DNA of 64,000 nt from Thermoplasmata archaeon. Its GTDB lineage: Archaea; Thermoplasmatota; Thermoplasmata; Thermoplasmatales; Thermoplasmataceae. A program made the position numbers and the translations under genes. This document shows, piece by piece, positions 61,986 through 64,000 of the stretch (the first letter of the stretch is position 1; every line of letters begins with the position of its first letter). Under the pieces are notes generated by a model. The model was given only the letters and a program-made list of their open reading frames with translations. It did no database searches and was not told the DNA's origin. The stretch is taken from contig JAKADQ010000001.1 in assembly GCA_021820405.1 (NCBI GenBank), positions 2,783-66,782 on the forward strand. The letters run 5' to 3'.

Positions 61986-62423
61986 CTCTGTCTTGAACTA
62001 TGATAATAAGGTTAACTTGGTTAACTTCCATTTTGAAGGTTATCATCCTTAGTTATTTAAAAACACTCAAACCATCAAGATTATGCGTATTTCGAACGAT
62101 ATGCTTTTTGTTAATATATGACGCAAATTTATATTACGGTCACTTGTTATGGTGAACGCATTGAAAATCAGATGGGCACCATAATTTAAGGTGAAGTCTG
62201 GAATGAAATTGCACACTCCTATGAAGATTCATTACCTGAGCCATTATCTTCATGAACGGAAAGGCCGCTTTATTGGGTTGAGGAAAGGTTCCAACTGTTG
62301 CAAGTCTTTATTCATGTTCTATGGCTTTGTTCATTCAGACCCGGTCAGCAATTTTTTGTTTATGAAGGAATATAACGCAAATAAAAGAATAAATCTTCGT
62401 ATATCATTAACCATCGAAAATTT

Positions 62424-63275
62424 ATGTTTAACGGTTTTATGGAAAAGCTCGTGGCAGGAAGATGGATAGCAGGGCCAACAGTTGACGATGCTATTGAAAG
62501 AGGAAAAAGGTTTAATAAGCTTGGTATAGGAGCCATACTGAACTATCTTGGAGAGGCTCTGACGGATCAGAAGGATATCGGTGACGCTATGGAAGCCTAT
62601 AGGGAAATACTGAAAAAGGTAACAAAAGGTGACCCTCTGACACAAATATCCGTGAAGCCGACTCAGATCGGGTTATCAGTAAGCCTTGATCTAGCCAAAA
62701 AAAATTTTGCGGAGATCGTCAGATCAGCAGGCGAAAAAGGGATATTCATATGGGTGGACATGGAAGAATCTAACCTTGTGGATCAGACAATAAACCTTTA
62801 TGAATCGCAGTTACCCAATGAGAATATAGGGCTGTGCGTCCAGGCATATCTTAAAAGGAGCATTGATGATGTCAAACGGCTGACAGAGAAGGGTGGAACC
62901 GTAAGATTAGTGAAGGGTGCATATACAGAGCCTGAAACCATTGCATACAAATCAAAACAGGACATAGATAAAAATTATGTTGAAATAATGCAATATCTCT
63001 TTGATAATGCCAAAAGGTTTATGGTGGCAAGCCACGATGACAAGATAATCGAAAAGGCAAGGGAGATAAATAAGGAAAAAAAGAAGGAGGTGTGGTATGC
63101 AATGCTCAATGGAATAAGAAACCAATACCTCATCAAGCTTCAGCAAGAAGGCGAAAAGGTATTTTCCTATATTCCGTTTGGCAAGAAGTGGATTCAATAT
63201 TCAGTTAGAAGAATGCAGGAAGCTGGCCATATTAGCCTGTTGATGAAGTCTATACTGCACGGCCAGAAGATTTAG
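62424..63275 (+). CDS. Proline dehydrogenase (monofunctional)
   Basis: WIAG, LGE, SVKPTQIG, VDME, QAYL, RLVKGAY, ASHD, YIPFG. Confidence 0.95.
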   Translation: MFNGFMEKLVAGRWIAGPTVDDAIERGKRFNKLGIGAILNYLGEALTDQKDIGDAMEAYREILKKVTKGDPLTQISVKPTQIGLSVSLDLAKKNFAEIVRSAGEKGIFIWVDMEESNLVDQTINLYESQLPNENIGLCVQAYLKRSIDDVKRLTEKGGTVRLVKGAYTEPETIAYKSKQDIDKNYVEIMQYLFDNAKRFMVASHDDKIIEKAREINKEKKKEVWYAMLNGIRNQYLIKLQQEGEKVFSYIPFGKKWIQYSVRRMQEAGHISLLMKSILHGQKI

Positions 63276-63331
63276 TCATCTGACGAATAGAATTTCGTCA
63301 ATTTTTTATAGTATCATGAGTTGGGAGAATA

Positions 63332-64000
63332 ATGGATATAGAGGAGAAGATTGCAGGCGAAATAGCGCTTTCAGACAACTTCGGGAAAACCCTTCAAAAA
63401 TGGAGAGAAGAGTTCCTAATCACAAAAACTGAACTGGCTAAGGAGATGGATGTCCCGCTTTCTATGATCACGGATTATGAATCCGGGAGAAGGAAATCTC
63501 CGGGAATAAATACAATAAGAAAGTTTGTTTATGCACTTATTGAAATTGAAAAAGAGCACGGAGGATCGATTTTAAGGAGGTACAGTTCGGGTGTTCCCTA
63601 TGAGGCCCTGATAGACATCGGAGACTATCATAGGGATGTAAACCTCAAAAATGTCATAAGTAGAATTGAAGGTAAGTCGACCTCTTCAGCAGACCTGAAC
63701 AGATACATTCGAGGATACACCATTGTAAATGGAGTTAAAGCCATACTTTCATTCTCATATTCCGAATACAGCCTCCTGTATGGATGGTCAAGCCAGCGGG
63801 TGATATTTTTCACCGAGGTTAAGATGGGCAGAAGCCCAATGATCGCAATTCGCGTCCATCCATTAAAACCGGCTGCGGTTGTTTACATTCAGGCAGACAG
63901 GGTTGATGAACTTGCCATCCGCCTATCGGATGTCGAGAATATACCTCTTATAACCACAGAACTGCCTCCTATGGAAGTAGCCAAGATAATGTCCCAGATA
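63332..64000 (+). CDS. Archaeal XRE-HTH transcriptional regulator (3'-truncated by window edge)
   Basis: MDIEEKIAGEIALS..., KWRE.F, ITDYESGRRKSPG, LYGWSSQRVIFFT, GRSPMIAIRV; open to the end of the window. Confidence 0.88.
   Translation, partial: MDIEEKIAGEIALSDNFGKTLQKWREEFLITKTELAKEMDVPLSMITDYESGRRKSPGINTIRKFVYALIEIEKEHGGSILRRYSSGVPYEALIDIGDYHRDVNLKNVISRIEGKSTSSADLNRYIRGYTIVNGVKAILSFSYSEYSLLYGWSSQRVIFFTEVKMGRSPMIAIRVHPLKPAAVVYIQADRVDELAIRLSDVENIPLITTELPPMEVAKIMSQI

Noticed and set aside
62191-62645. ORFs 62191-62469 (+) and 62331-62645 (-)
   Set aside because: Overlap proline dehydrogenase, atypical composition, no motifs

Overview
AT-rich archaeal chromosome segment; gene content and protein style point to Thermoplasmatales (inference). 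Core genes: herA-mre11-rad50, tRNA-Val(CAC), two acyl-CoA dehydrogenases, gatD/gatE, an 11-subunit-type nuo operon without nuoEFG, tatA/tatC, dnaG with a protease-less Lon-like ATPase, queD/queC, mdh, UDP-sulfoquinovose synthase and proline dehydrogenase. Accessory parts: (i) a ~5 kb decayed island (about 11.6-16.85 kb) at the 3' end of tRNA-Val that holds five IS remnants, an intact candidate archaeocin plus immunity pair, and what looks like one end of a casposon (PolB C-terminus, GGGATATAG-type terminal repeat, 11 bp from the tRNA); (ii) a TerY-P/YegLKI vWA-PP2C-kinase triad; (iii) an 8-repeat CRISPR array with no cas genes in the window, whose spacers all look antisense to coding sequence; (iv) an ABC exporter cassette. 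An unannotated ~200 nt three-hairpin box H/ACA guide RNA is readable at 3344-3540. All family calls come from motif recognition by eye; no database searches were run.
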